DNA of 49,200 nt from the NCBI GenBank assembly GCA_041288095.1, contig JBGGMJ010000181.1, positions 1 to 49,200 of the forward strand. Direction: 5' to 3'. Numbering within the stretch: the first letter of the stretch is position 1; each line of letters starts with the position of its first letter. This DNA comes from Myxococcota bacterium. Lineage in GTDB: Bacteria; Myxococcota; XYA12-FULL-58-9; JALHOP01. The notes beneath the pieces were generated by a model. That model ran no database searches. It was not told the DNA's origin and saw nothing but the letters and a program-made list of their open reading frames with translations. Below, in pieces: positions 26,688 to 34,880 of this stretch. The position numbers were made by a program, and so were the translations under genes.

Positions 26688-28700
26688 CTGATCGAGTGGC
26701 TCACCCTTGAGCTGGCGCTCGAGGAACGAGAACATCCGCAGGTCATTGTCGCGGCCGAGAATGGTGCCCGCCTTGGCGACGGCGCCGGCGATGATGGCGC
26801 GTTCGGCGTCGTCTTTCGTGCCGGGCTCCGCCGTGTCCGTCAGCGAGGTGCTCGCGAGCTTGTAACCGATGATGAACAGCGCGTTCGCGAGCGTGGCGTC
26901 GGTCTTGGCGAGCTCGGTGACGTCCTCGATGAGGCTTACGGTCGACGCGACACCATCCTGGGTCCGCAGCGACGGCCATGCGGAGCTCTCGACCAAATCG
27001 TGCACCTGCTCGAGGAGGAAGCGCTTGTCGTCGGCGGTGCCGCGGGTCGCGAACGCAAGGCGCGCGGCCGCCACCAGCTCGCGGGCGTTTTCGTCGCGAT
27101 GCGCTCCGCCAAGCAGACCCTTCGCGGCTTCGATGGAATAGCGCGTCTGGCCGCGCTCGTCGTACGCGGTCAACATCGCTAGGGCGCGCTTCACGTTCGT
27201 TTCGACGTTGGCGGACTCCGCGAGCATGCTGTCGCGGGCGTCGAGCCCAAAGTGCGCGGCGATCTCGGCGCGAATTCGCGGTGTTCGCACGAACGCTTGC
27301 AGGCGTCGTTCGCGCTCGCTCGGAGTGCCCTTGATGCCGCCGACGAAAGCAACGAGCTCGTCCGCTTGAGCGACAGTCATGTCGGAGCGCGCGTACGCGA
27401 TCGCGGCATCGGGACCACCGGCGAATCGCGGGCTCAACAGCCAACGTGGCGCGCGGGCGATCTCGCACAGGTCAGCGTCGTTCGGCCGGGCCTCGGGCGA
27501 GCCAGCGGCTTCGAGCGCCGCATCGCGCAAGCCTTGATGCGAGGTCTTGCCGAGCCCATCGAGAATGTCCGCCGCGCGCAACGCGACCTCCGCCCGAAGC
27601 CCGAGTGGGTTCATGGCGCGCGCCGCGTGCTCCGCGGGCGAGACCGGTGAGGCCAGCATGGCGCCCGCCAGAGCGAAGAGCTTCTTGGCGACCGTCTCTT
27701 GCAAGTCGGGAGAAGCAGCCGCGCGCTTCACCACGCTGAAGAGGCTGTCGAGATCGGCGTCCTTCTCGAAGAGCAGCGTCGGCCACCCTTCGACGTGAGC
27801 GACCGCCAGCGCCGCGTCGCAAACGTCCGCCGCGTGCGAGCGACCGCGCGGCGACGCGCCCGCGTGGCGGATGAGCTGCGTGACACCACCGATGGCTTCA
27901 TGCGCCCAGGTGGGAAGGTCATCGCGGCTCCAGGCGCGCACCATGGCGGACCAGCTCGACGCGGCGTAGTCGGTACCGCTCTGCTTGTCGAACGCGGCGA
28001 GCCGCTTTCTGGCTTCCTCGACGCTGTGCCAAGGATCCGCCGGCGGTTTACCCAAGCGCTTGGCGAGGTCGTCGACGTTGTTGTCGATGCGTTTTCGGGC
28101 GGCGAAGATCGTCGCGGGAGTCGCGGCGACGTAGTCACGCAAGGTCTTGGCCTCGTCGGCGCCGAGGGTCTCGGGCTTGGGTGCCCCGAGGCTCGCGGGA
28201 ATGCGCACGAGCTCGCGCGCGTCGTCCGCTGTAATGGACAGGCCGGTGAGGTCGAAGGGCGTGCTGGGCTTGGCGCGAACGGAGATTGGCGTCTCGGCGG
28301 CTGGGTCTGGCGAGGGCGCGGCAACCGGCGGAGTCGCGGGCGCGGCGGGCTTGGCCGGTGCGCGCTTCACTGCTTTCTTGACGGGCACCGTCGAGAGCAT
28401 GGGTTTCGCGTGTGCCTTGGCGCGCGTGACGAGATCGTCGGCAACGGCGCCGGCGGCGCTCGCGGCGCTCTGCAGCTGCGCGGCCATGCGCTTGGCGGCG
28501 GGCACACCCTGCTCGACCGCGGTGGCGGCGAGCTGCTTGGCGACCGGCAGACCTTGCTCGACGGCGGTGCTTGCGAGCTTCTCGGCCGTGGTCGCGAGCT
28601 TCTGAGCCTCGTTGACCAGGCGGTCGGCGCCGGCGGTTACGGTCTTCGGGTCGAGACCAACCCGCTCGGCGATGGATCCCAGTTGCGCGCGCCAGCTCAT
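26679..28700 (-). CDS. Hypothetical Ala-rich helical protein (673 aa)
   Basis: GGAG RBS; long ORF; N-terminal amphipathic repeats (KLASTAVEQGLP / QLAATAVEQGVP) and Pro-rich linker; no family recognised. Confidence 0.8.
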   Translation of the reverse strand: MSWRAQLGSIAERVGLDPKTVTAGADRLVNEAQKLATTAEKLASTAVEQGLPVAKQLAATAVEQGVPAAKRMAAQLQSAASAAGAVADDLVTRAKAHAKPMLSTVPVKKAVKRAPAKPAAPATPPVAAPSPDPAAETPISVRAKPSTPFDLTGLSITADDARELVRIPASLGAPKPETLGADEAKTLRDYVAATPATIFAARKRIDNNVDDLAKRLGKPPADPWHSVEEARKRLAAFDKQSGTDYAASSWSAMVRAWSRDDLPTWAHEAIGGVTQLIRHAGASPRGRSHAADVCDAALAVAHVEGWPTLLFEKDADLDSLFSVVKRAAASPDLQETVAKKLFALAGAMLASPVSPAEHAARAMNPLGLRAEVALRAADILDGLGKTSHQGLRDAALEAAGSPEARPNDADLCEIARAPRWLLSPRFAGGPDAAIAYARSDMTVAQADELVAFVGGIKGTPSERERRLQAFVRTPRIRAEIAAHFGLDARDSMLAESANVETNVKRALAMLTAYDERGQTRYSIEAAKGLLGGAHRDENARELVAAARLAFATRGTADDKRFLLEQVHDLVESSAWPSLRTQDGVASTVSLIEDVTELAKTDATLANALFIIGYKLASTSLTDTAEPGTKDDAERAIIAGAVAKAGTILGRDNDLRMFSFLERQLKGEPLDQQK

Positions 28701-28753
28701 CGAGTCTCCGGACGATGCGCGTGAAAAGGGCCAAGGTCGCGCGCTCGTCGTCC

Positions 28754-28782
28754 GTTATCGCTGCACCCTGAGGGCTGTTGCG
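28754..28782 (-). promoter_or_regulatory. Candidate sigma28-like promoter CGCAAC-N15-GCGATAAC
   Basis: Identical boxes to 1708..1737; 54 nt upstream of the 28700 start. Confidence 0.55.
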
Positions 28783-28897
28783 CCCCCCGTCAGCCATCAT
28801 GGCGCCACGCTGACACTCGCGGGAATGGCGTAATTTGCCGGTTCTAGGCGGTTTACGTCACTCAATGGGCTTTTCTAGCAACCAACATCTTCGCTTG

Positions 28898-28919
28898 ACG
28901 GATCATCCGTTATATTGGA
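28898..28919. promoter_or_regulatory. Overlapping inverted repeats, candidate operator of the XRE-cupin regulator
   Basis: ACGGAT-C-ATCCGT (28898..28910) and TCC-N2-TATA-N2-GGA (28906..28919), directly upstream of the small ORF/regulator pair. Confidence 0.4.
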
Positions 28920-28929
28920 GATTCGTCTG

Positions 28930-29088
28930 ATGGCTCAGCCTGCAACCAACATCGTGAACCTCGACCAGTACCGTGAGACCAGGGAGCGCAAGGCCATGCG
29001 CCCGCGCTCCAACGGGCCTGTCATGATGTGTTGTTGGGTTTTCGTGCCCGTGGTTGTGCCGGCGGCTTACGTCGCCCGTTGGGCATGA
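28930..29088 (+). CDS. Small 52-aa protein or leader peptide with MMCC motif (not in ORF track)
   Basis: GGAG RBS; MAQPATNIVNLDQYRETRERKAMRPRSNGPVMMCCWVFVPVVVPAAYVARWA; stop overlaps the regulator start as ATGA. Confidence 0.7.
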   Translation: MAQPATNIVNLDQYRETRERKAMRPRSNGPVMMCCWVFVPVVVPAAYVARWA

Positions 29089-29765
29089 AGTCGGTCCGCG
29101 ACAACTCGGCGAAAAAGAAATCCAAGGCCGCCTCAGAGAAGGAGCCGGCCGTCGCTCCCAAACAGGAGTGGGGCTACGAGGGCGGTCCTGCGGGGAACGG
29201 GGATCTCCCCGCCGTCGTCGGCGCCAACTTGCGCCGGCTGCGCACCAAACGCGGCCTTTCGCTCGAGCGGCTGGCGCAAGCATCCGGCGTGAGTCGCGCC
29301 ATGCTCGGGCAAATCGAGCTCGGTCAGAGCGCGCCGACCATCAACGTGGTCTGGAAGATCGCAAGCGCGCTCGAGGTGCCGTTCTCGGCTCTGCTCAAGG
29401 CGCGCGGCACTTCCGGCACCAATCTCATGCGGGCCGCGCAGTCCAAGGTGTTGACCAGCCACGACGGCACCTTCAGCTCGCGCGCATTGTTCCCATTCGA
29501 CGAGCCGCGCCGCGTGGAGTTCTACGAGCTGCGCTTCAAGCCGCGGGCGAGCGAAAACGCCGAAGCGCACTCGCCCGGCACGATCGAGAACCTCGTGGTC
29601 ACCTCGGGGACGCTCGAGATCGAGGCAGGCGGCCAGACGCACGTGCTGAGCGCGGGCGACGCCATCGTCTTCGAAGCCGACGTGGCGCACGTCTATCGCA
29701 ACGTCTCCGATCGCGAAGTCGTCGCCTACCTGGTCATGACCTACGCGGAACAGCTGGGCGGCTAG
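29085..29765 (+). CDS. XRE-family HTH + cupin transcriptional regulator (SutR/YdcN-like)
   Basis: NLRRLRTKRGLSLERLAQASGVSRAMLGQIELGQSAPTINVVWKIA; cupin HSPGTIENLVV...GDAIVFEADVAHVYRN. Confidence 0.9.
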   Translation: MKSVRDNSAKKKSKAASEKEPAVAPKQEWGYEGGPAGNGDLPAVVGANLRRLRTKRGLSLERLAQASGVSRAMLGQIELGQSAPTINVVWKIASALEVPFSALLKARGTSGTNLMRAAQSKVLTSHDGTFSSRALFPFDEPRRVEFYELRFKPRASENAEAHSPGTIENLVVTSGTLEIEAGGQTHVLSAGDAIVFEADVAHVYRNVSDREVVAYLVMTYAEQLGG

Positions 29766-29799
29766 CCGACCAAGGCCAGGCCGCCCGAGCAGGCGATCG

Positions 29800-30279
29800 C
29801 TACTTACCGTCGGCCGGCATCGCCATCATCATCATGCCGCCGCAGCTCATCATCATCGGCATGCCCATCGCCATCATGGCGTTCATGGCGTTGCAGCGCT
29901 CGGCCATCATGTCCATGTCCATGCCTTCGCCCGGCATCATGGTGCAGACCATGCCCTGCTTGGTCATGGTGCAGGTCATGCGCGCCATCATCGGCGCCGA
30001 CATCATCATGGGCATCGGCATCATGCCGTTCATCATCATGGGGTTCATGCCGCCCATCATCATCGGCATCATCCCGTTCATCATCATGGGATTCATGCCG
30101 CCCATCATCATGGGGTTCATCATCATCGGGTTCATGCCCATCATCGGCATCCCCATCCCCATCATCGGGTTCATGCCACCCATCATTGGCATCATCCCGT
30201 TCATCGCGCCCATCATGCTGGGGTTCATCATCATCGGGCTCATCGGCATCGGGCCCATGTTCATCGGCATAGCGGTCAT
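29800..30279 (-). CDS. Extremely methionine-rich protein (about 73 Met and 4 Cys in 159 aa)
   Basis: GAGGA RBS; GGMNPMMMN-type repeats followed by a Cys-containing C-terminal domain; Met counted by hand. Confidence 0.85.
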   Translation of the reverse strand: MTAMPMNMGPMPMSPMMMNPSMMGAMNGMMPMMGGMNPMMGMGMPMMGMNPMMMNPMMMGGMNPMMMNGMMPMMMGGMNPMMMNGMMPMPMMMSAPMMARMTCTMTKQGMVCTMMPGEGMDMDMMAERCNAMNAMMAMGMPMMMSCGGMMMMAMPADGK

Positions 30280-30485
30280 CGTTCGATCCTCGTTGTGTGC
30301 GTCGTTACGAAACAACGCGTGCACTTAAAGGCTGTATCGCTTGCGACGCAATGCGTCGTTGCCCGGCGCTGTCGCTTTCCTCCGCGACAACGGACGTGTT
30401 GCAGCCATGAACGGATGATGGTTGTGCATGCCTCCGTAAGAGCGGAGGTCCCGATGCCGACAGCGGACGAAGGCAGCGCCGTTCG

Positions 30486-32879
30486 CTAGGCGTTCTTGCC
30501 CATCGTGAACGCTTGCACGCGCTTGTCCCAATCACGGGCCGTCATGCCCAGCTTGCGCACCGACTCGCGTTGCAGCGGCGAGAGAGTGACGTACGCGGTG
30601 ACCATGACCATCGGCCACTTGGCGGCCGGCGTGTCCTTGGTGTCCCAGCTCTGCTGGTTCCAGCCGAGGTTCTTCAGGAGCGCGAGCTCGGTGCGGCTCA
30701 TCGACTTCCAGTTGAGCGGCAAAAGCGCGTCCATGGTGCGGACCGAGCTGCCGTCCTTCACCAGCGGCTTACCGGTGTACGGCGCGCCTTCGATGTCGCC
30801 AGTGCTTTGCGAGATCTCGGCGGGCAGCGCTTCGGCGCCCGGTGCCTTGACCGCGGAGTGATCGACGCCGCCGAGGTCGCGCTCGAAGGTGCGAGGGATG
30901 CCCCAGCCATCGACCTTGCCCTGCTGCCGGCTCTGCGGCCGTGTCCGCGTCTGCGAGCCTTCCTGCCCATGCGGCCGCGGTGCGACGTCGGTCTGGGTCA
31001 TCTCGGTTGCCGGCCCTTGCTCGACCGAGGTGATGTCGCCCTCGGCTCTACGAGCCCGTGAGCCGCGGGCTCCCATGAGCTGCTGCGTCACTTGCTGCGC
31101 GACCTGCCGGCTCACTTGCTCGGCGACTTGGCGCGCCACTTGGTCGGCGATGCTCTGTGCGATCTCACCGGCGTTGGCACCGCCCGGCGTCACCTGTTGC
31201 AGCGCGTTCGCGACGTGCCGCTGGATGTCCATCGAGCCGACGCGACCACCGATCTGGCGATCGGAGAGCTGACCGCGGAACGGCGTCGACGCGAGCTTCT
31301 CCTGCATCTCGGGCGACTGCTGCGGTCCCGAGGCCGCCTTCATATAGGCCGCTGTAGCGGTCTGCCGGCCGATCGGAGACGCCGAGTTCGGGTTGAAGTA
31401 CTTCGGCTTGCGACCAATGGCACGGCGCTCGTTGGCAATGGCGCGACGCTTGGCCGCCGGCATGCGCTTGGTGCGCAGCTCGCGCGCTTTCTGGCGCTGC
31501 AGCTTCTGCAGGCCGTCGAGCTTGTCGCCCATCTCCTGCGTCTTGGCGCCGATGAGCGCGCGGTCGTCGTCGGACAACCCGTTGAGATCGATGTCCTCGG
31601 GCTTGCGCAGCGTCTGCAGGCTGTTGACGTCCTCGAAGTACTTGGCGCTGCCGAGCTTCTTCTCGGCCTGCTCGTAGACGCGAGAGAGCTGCGTGTAGAA
31701 CTGGATGATCTTGGCGCGGTTCTGCGAGCGCACCTTGCCGGCGTCGTCGGGGTCTAAGCCCTCGGTCGACTGCATGCGCGGCGCCCTCGGCAGCGCCGAG
31801 GTCTTGGACTGCTTGAGCGCCGCCTCGGGGTCGATGCCGCCGGCTCCACCGCGCTGCACCTGCGAGGCGACCTTGGCGAGGAGCTTCGAGACCTGACCTT
31901 CGCGCGCCGGGAACTGCGGGCTCTGCAAGGTGCCGAGCAGCTTGTCGGTGATGGCGCGGAACTCGCTCGGCTTACCGCTGCCGATGGTCGCGAAGAAGCG
32001 GCCCTTATTCTGAGCGCTCTGCGTCTTGAACCGGTTGTGCGTCGCCAGCTTGTCGAAGCCCTCGCGGACCTCACCGGTGCCGTTCGCTTTGGCGAGCAGC
32101 TCGGTCGACTTGCCGCGGGCGAAGCTCGGGAGCTTGGCGATGTGCGGCTGCTGGATGAATGCGTCGACGTTGGTCATCGCGCCGGTGTCGCCGGGCCGCC
32201 GCGTCGCCATGCTCAGGGCGGCGCGCTGGGCGTTGCCGTTCGCGCCCTTGTTGGCGAGCGTGCCGAGCATGTCGCCGGCCTTCTTGAGCGAATCGGTCTT
32301 GCCGTCGCCCATGCGAGCCATGGCGAAGCGCAAGAACTCGTTTTTCGCCTTCTGGTCCGCTTTTGCAGACTGCATGAAGCGCGATTGCAAGACATCCGAG
32401 ATGAGCTTTTCGGACTTCGGATTGTCGATGACCGCGGCGTGGATGGTCGCGGCCTGCGGCGCGGTCTGCACCGCCTGCTTGAACGACGGCGCGTTCGCGA
32501 GCCGGTTCATGGCGTTGGCGGACTCGGTACCCTTCTTGGGGTTCGAAGCCATCGCCTCGCGGAAGAGATTCTTTTGCGCCTCGGTGAGCTTCTCTTGCAG
32601 CGCGCGGTTGTTCTGCCAGTCGTGCAAGGCATGCTGCGCCTCGGGACCGGCGTGACCGCCGAGGATCTGCTGCATGCGCGAATCGACGCGCTCGTTACGC
32701 GAGAAGGTCTCGCGCTGGACGACGCTTTCTTTGATGACCTCGCGTTTTACCGCCGCTTTTTTCTCGACCTCGCGACGCGCCGCCGCATCGGCCTCGCTGC
32801 CCATCTGCGTGCGCTGATAGGCAAGCTGGGCATCGTTTACGAGGCTCTGGACTTGGGCGTCGACCGCGTCGATTGGCAT
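30486..32879 (-). CDS. Hypothetical 797-aa helical protein with C-terminal Trp-containing tandem repeat
   Basis: Long ORF, Q/K/A-rich, no signal peptide or TM segment; TATGCT 8 nt upstream of the ATG. Confidence 0.85.
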   Translation of the reverse strand: MPIDAVDAQVQSLVNDAQLAYQRTQMGSEADAAARREVEKKAAVKREVIKESVVQRETFSRNERVDSRMQQILGGHAGPEAQHALHDWQNNRALQEKLTEAQKNLFREAMASNPKKGTESANAMNRLANAPSFKQAVQTAPQAATIHAAVIDNPKSEKLISDVLQSRFMQSAKADQKAKNEFLRFAMARMGDGKTDSLKKAGDMLGTLANKGANGNAQRAALSMATRRPGDTGAMTNVDAFIQQPHIAKLPSFARGKSTELLAKANGTGEVREGFDKLATHNRFKTQSAQNKGRFFATIGSGKPSEFRAITDKLLGTLQSPQFPAREGQVSKLLAKVASQVQRGGAGGIDPEAALKQSKTSALPRAPRMQSTEGLDPDDAGKVRSQNRAKIIQFYTQLSRVYEQAEKKLGSAKYFEDVNSLQTLRKPEDIDLNGLSDDDRALIGAKTQEMGDKLDGLQKLQRQKARELRTKRMPAAKRRAIANERRAIGRKPKYFNPNSASPIGRQTATAAYMKAASGPQQSPEMQEKLASTPFRGQLSDRQIGGRVGSMDIQRHVANALQQVTPGGANAGEIAQSIADQVARQVAEQVSRQVAQQVTQQLMGARGSRARRAEGDITSVEQGPATEMTQTDVAPRPHGQEGSQTRTRPQSRQQGKVDGWGIPRTFERDLGGVDHSAVKAPGAEALPAEISQSTGDIEGAPYTGKPLVKDGSSVRTMDALLPLNWKSMSRTELALLKNLGWNQQSWDTKDTPAAKWPMVMVTAYVTLSPLQRESVRKLGMTARDWDKRVQAFTMGKNA

Positions 32880-32941
32880 TGCGGTTTAGCATACCCGCGA
32901 CACCCTGAAATTGGCGAGCAACGACGACGCGGAACCCTGCC

Positions 32942-32988
32942 AAAAAGACACTGGCCGGGCAGACCCTCGTCGGGTGGCCCAGCCAGTG
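32942..32988 (-). terminator. Probable intrinsic terminator downstream of the filament-like gene
   Basis: Imperfect hairpin closed by CACTGGC/GCCAGTG, followed by TCTTTTT on the minus strand. Confidence 0.6.
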
Positions 32989-33012
32989 AGTAAATCCCTG
33001 TAAAGTCTCGGG

Positions 33013-33041
33013 AAACGGCGGCCGTACGGGCGCGGCCGCCG
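33013..33041 (-). terminator. GC-rich hairpin just after the stop of 33054..33959
   Basis: 9-bp stem CGGCGGCCG/CGGCCGCCG with 8-nt loop and short TTT tail. Confidence 0.5.
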
Positions 33042-33053
33042 AACCGATGAGAC

Positions 33054-33959
33054 TTAACCGCTGATCTTGCGGAGAACCGCCATCGCGGTGTCGTGCAGCA
33101 TCTTCGAGATGTTCGACATCATCTGCAGGGTCTGCTGCTGCTTCTGCAGCATGTTCTGCAAGTCGACGTTCGCGAGCTGAGCGTCGTCACCGACCGAGTT
33201 GAGCTTCTGCTCGAGGTCGTCGATGTAGTTCGACAGACCTTCCTTGGTCGTCGGGTCGTCGAGGCCCTGGTCGAGCTCGCGGACCGCCACGAACTGGCCG
33301 GTCTGCGTGTCGATGGCCGGCGTACCCGACCATGGGAACAGCAGCTCGTCCGGATCCTGGCCGTTGGCGACCAGCTCCGCCGCCAAGTCGATCGCCGCGT
33401 TGTCCTCTTCACCGGCGTGAGCCGAGAGGATCTTGCGCATCTCGGTGATGTCGTTACGAATCTGCTTCTTCAGGTCGTTGTAGAACTGAACCTTCTGCGC
33501 GTAGAAGTTCAGGTCTTGCGTGCTCGAGAGGTAAGCCTCGCGGAGCACCTGTTGCACCAACGCGTTCACGTCTTCGGTGCCGTTGACCTGCAAACCCGAG
33601 ACGAAGTCAGCCCAGCGGCCCTGGATGTTGGCGTTGCTCGATGTGCCGTTGGCAAGCGCCGAGGCAATCGCGCTCAACGTACCGCGCGCCGAGGGATCGA
33701 GCTTGGCGAGCGACTCGTTCTGGCCTTCGTTTTCGATGGCCAGACCCAAGCTCGCGAGCTCGTTCTTGTAGAGGTTGAACGTCGCGTCGTCGGCGAGGTT
33801 CTCCCAGTTGGTCGTGCCAATGACTTGGCCTTGAGCATCCAGTGCCGTCAGACGTGCACGATCGAATGTGCCGTTTCCGTCGACGTCCTGGAACGTGTAA
33901 CGGACGCCGTCTCCGGCGCTCGTATATGACTGCGTACGCGTCAGGTTATTCGTTGCCAT
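33054..33959 (-). CDS. Putative T3SS filament/needle-tip-type protein (EspA/SseB/Bsp22-like C-terminus)
   Basis: Strong AGGAG RBS; C-terminus LNSVGDDAQLANVDLQNMLQKQQQTLQMMSNISKMLHDTAMAVLRKISG; near a SycD-like chaperone. Confidence 0.65.
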   Translation of the reverse strand: MATNNLTRTQSYTSAGDGVRYTFQDVDGNGTFDRARLTALDAQGQVIGTTNWENLADDATFNLYKNELASLGLAIENEGQNESLAKLDPSARGTLSAIASALANGTSSNANIQGRWADFVSGLQVNGTEDVNALVQQVLREAYLSSTQDLNFYAQKVQFYNDLKKQIRNDITEMRKILSAHAGEEDNAAIDLAAELVANGQDPDELLFPWSGTPAIDTQTGQFVAVRELDQGLDDPTTKEGLSNYIDDLEQKLNSVGDDAQLANVDLQNMLQKQQQTLQMMSNISKMLHDTAMAVLRKISG

Positions 33960-34118
33960 GATCAAATCTCCTAAAAAGAAAGGTCAAAAACTCTACTTCG
34001 AGCGTGGCCGGGGGCTGGTCGGCCGTTTTGGCGGACTCCTTCGAGTACGCCAAGCCCTGTATCCGCTATCGCGACACGAACGAACCGGCGGGCTGTGCCG
34101 AGTCGACGTGCCTGTCCG

Positions 34119-34880
34119 TTAAGGCGTATTGACTGGCGGCAAACCGGTGCCGGGCGAATACGGCATCGCAATGGCCGGGTTGGCGCGGCGGGCGAAGTCG
34201 CTGCCGTCGCCGACGGTACCGAGCACCATCGTGAAGGCGCGAACGATCGTCTTGAGGTCCGACGTATCGCTCACACGCACTTCGCTGTTGCGCCACTGCA
34301 CGCGCAGCGACAGGCGTTGATCCGTGCTGGCCGTGGTGTCGCTCGTTTGCGTATTGCCACCGACGCGCATCTGCTTCTTGGTGCTCTCGCGCTTGGCCGC
34401 CTCGTCGGCGTCGAGCTTGTTCTGCGACGCTTCGGTAACCTTGGCGATGCTCTCGTACTTCTCGCGAGCCATCTTGAGCTCGGCCTCTTGGCGCTCTGCA
34501 TCACGACGAACCGCCGCGGGCATGTCGCTGTTCTCGAGGCGACGGATCTTGTCCTGCAGCTCGCCGATCTTGTTGGCGATCTGCTGGCTTCTGTTGTTCA
34601 GCTCGTCGATGCGACCGCGGATCTTGTTGACCTGATCGTTGTAGCGGTTCATCGCGTCTTGATACGCGGCGATCGCGGCGTCATCGGCACCGGCGCCCGG
34701 GGCCGCCGGCGGCTTCAGGCTTTGCAGCTCGTTCACCAGGTTCTGGATGGCCTGACCCAGGCCTTCGAGCTCTTTGCCCAGGCCTTGGATTTGCTGGCTG
34801 ACGCCCTGAATCTGCTGCGAGACCAGCTCAGCCGAGCTGTGAATAGCATTCTGCCTACCAAGGCCGTGTGTTGCGCTCAT
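34119..34880 (-). CDS. Coiled-coil hairpin protein, putative T3SS-associated secreted protein
   Basis: AGGGAG RBS; heptads SQQIQGVSQQIQGL..., Pro-rich turn, then DDAAIAAYQDAMNRYN; function inferred from context. Confidence 0.7.
   Translation of the reverse strand: MSATHGLGRQNAIHSSAELVSQQIQGVSQQIQGLGKELEGLGQAIQNLVNELQSLKPPAAPGAGADDAAIAAYQDAMNRYNDQVNKIRGRIDELNNRSQQIANKIGELQDKIRRLENSDMPAAVRRDAERQEAELKMAREKYESIAKVTEASQNKLDADEAAKRESTKKQMRVGGNTQTSDTTASTDQRLSLRVQWRNSEVRVSDTSDLKTIVRAFTMVLGTVGDGSDFARRANPAIAMPYSPGTGLPPVNTP

Noticed and set aside
29054..30328. 424-aa plus-strand ORF with an Ile-rich tail, and the CAT-rich repeats as a possible CRISPR array or microsatellite
   Set aside because: It is the antisense shadow of Met codons in the minus-strand gene, overlaps the XRE gene out of frame, and has no repeat-spacer structure
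30325..30429. Short minus-strand ORF MHNHHPF... upstream of the Met-rich gene
   Set aside because: GGAGG is only 1 nt from the ATG and lies inside a hairpin; there is no other support
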